A stretch of DNA of 64,000 nt from Antechinus flavipes (lineage: Eukaryota), in contig NC_067403.1 of NCBI RefSeq assembly GCF_016432865.1, positions 79,856,001-79,920,000 on the forward strand. The letters run 5' to 3'. Under the pieces are notes generated by a model. The model worked only from the letters and a program-made list of their open reading frames with translations. It was not told the origin of the DNA and made no database searches. Below are positions 62,862-64,000 of this stretch, one piece after another (positions within the stretch are counted from its first letter, which is position 1; every line of letters begins with the position of its first letter). The position numbers were made by a program, and so were the translations under genes.

Positions 62862-64000
62862 TAGATGGTACTTCCAATATGTGAAGTGGAGGATGGAGTG
62901 AAGTTTCAGGGTGAAGTGGTTTCTATCATATTGTAGAGAAAGTCTGGCGAGGTTCCCCTGGAGTAGAATGAAGTATGACCTTTTCTTTACCCACTCATCC
63001 ACATGCAAAAATCAAAGAAATTTAGGATTTGAAAACAGGAACTTCAAATCCCAGAGGTGTTTGATAATTATTTAGAAAATAACTTTTAACTACTTACCTT
63101 CAAGTGTATCCTCCTTAAAACTGAGAAGTATATGAAATGATCACAGTAAGCTGGAGTGAGATCTCTGAGAGAGGGAACTAAATAACTGGACCAGCAAAAG
63201 ATGTCCATAGAGCAAACAGAGACTGTTTGTCTTATTTGTGAGGCCCCTGCTTTTTATACTAAAGAGTTTATTTTAAGGTTGTCGAATCTCTTACAGGCAA
63301 ATGAGAGCAAGGATTTCTGCCTTTTCTAATAGTGGCAAGATAAATTATGCATTCTAAGCTGGAATACATAGTAGCACCCCTTCTATCCTTGAAGAAACAA
63401 CCTAGGATTTCAGCTGAGCCAGAAACGTCAGCCTTCTAATCCAAGGGCAGAGTACGGGAAGCAGTGTCCAGGGAAACAGTATAAGTATTTGATGGAACAA
63501 TATCCACAGGGGACCATAGCATAGCAGTGTTCTATTGAGATTTTATGGCTGCCTAAGAAGCATTCAGTGGAAACTGGGAGACCTCTCCCATGGAGACTAC
63601 AAGACCTGAGAGCAGCAAGTTTAATAGAAGTATCATGATAATATCCCTAAAAAATAACATTGCGCTTACAGGGTTGGAGGTGTAAGTTGTCCCTCTGTGT
63701 ATATCATTGGGAGAGAAAAGGAAAGTTGGGAGGTTATCTGCCTTGATTTATACTGATACTCTCCATAGAAGGGGTGACGAGAGGTTTTCTTATTTTGTCA
63801 AGGAACTGAGAGTCTCTGCAGTAATTCACTGTCATGAAACAAGACTGCTTTTCAGACATCAAGACTCCATGTTCCTCAAATGGTCAAGTTCGAACAACAA
63901 CAATAATTATTTTTAAAAAAATATTTCTTTTTCCCCAATACATGTAAAAAACAATTCCAACATCCATTTTTAAAAAGATTTGAGTTCCAAATTATATTTC

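Overview
AT-rich, CpG-depleted marsupial genomic DNA, inferred from WSINE1-like, Mar1-like, RTE/BovB and marsupial L1 repeats; probably an Australian dasyurid draft assembly, with 6 N-gaps. One protein-coding gene is supported: TMEM154 on the minus strand. Exon 1 (45227-45149) encodes the signal peptide and is followed by a ~33 kb intron 1. Exon 2 (12141-11857) encodes the acidic S/T-rich ectodomain plus the TM helix, and a 98-bp intron separates it from the 39-nt exon 3 (11758-11720). All junctions are GT-AG and phase 1. Spliced product so far: MPERGQGNLRAPGFLLIFSLLLGKHRGFATDSEYSGEGSFSKEEIIPTNEVELTSITEQGEDDSSPGNSFQIPTTSPSPVSESVLSPEFLLMVGVPLVLLLLLSLLVVFFVRYSKRTKSKPVPSSQGSQSALQS... The remaining cytoplasmic exons were not found in the window. 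The rest is decayed L1/HAL1-like, L2, CR1, RTE, BovB, SINE and hAT-MITE sequence plus simple repeats. I found no convincing new biological system. The best leads are a Ser-Gly glycosaminoglycan-type motif, a stop + AATAAA arrangement inside the tiny intron 2, and two orphan CpG-rich intronic patches. Repeat family names and human peptide comparisons come from memory of consensus sequences, and repeat boundaries are approximate unless TSDs/TIRs are given.
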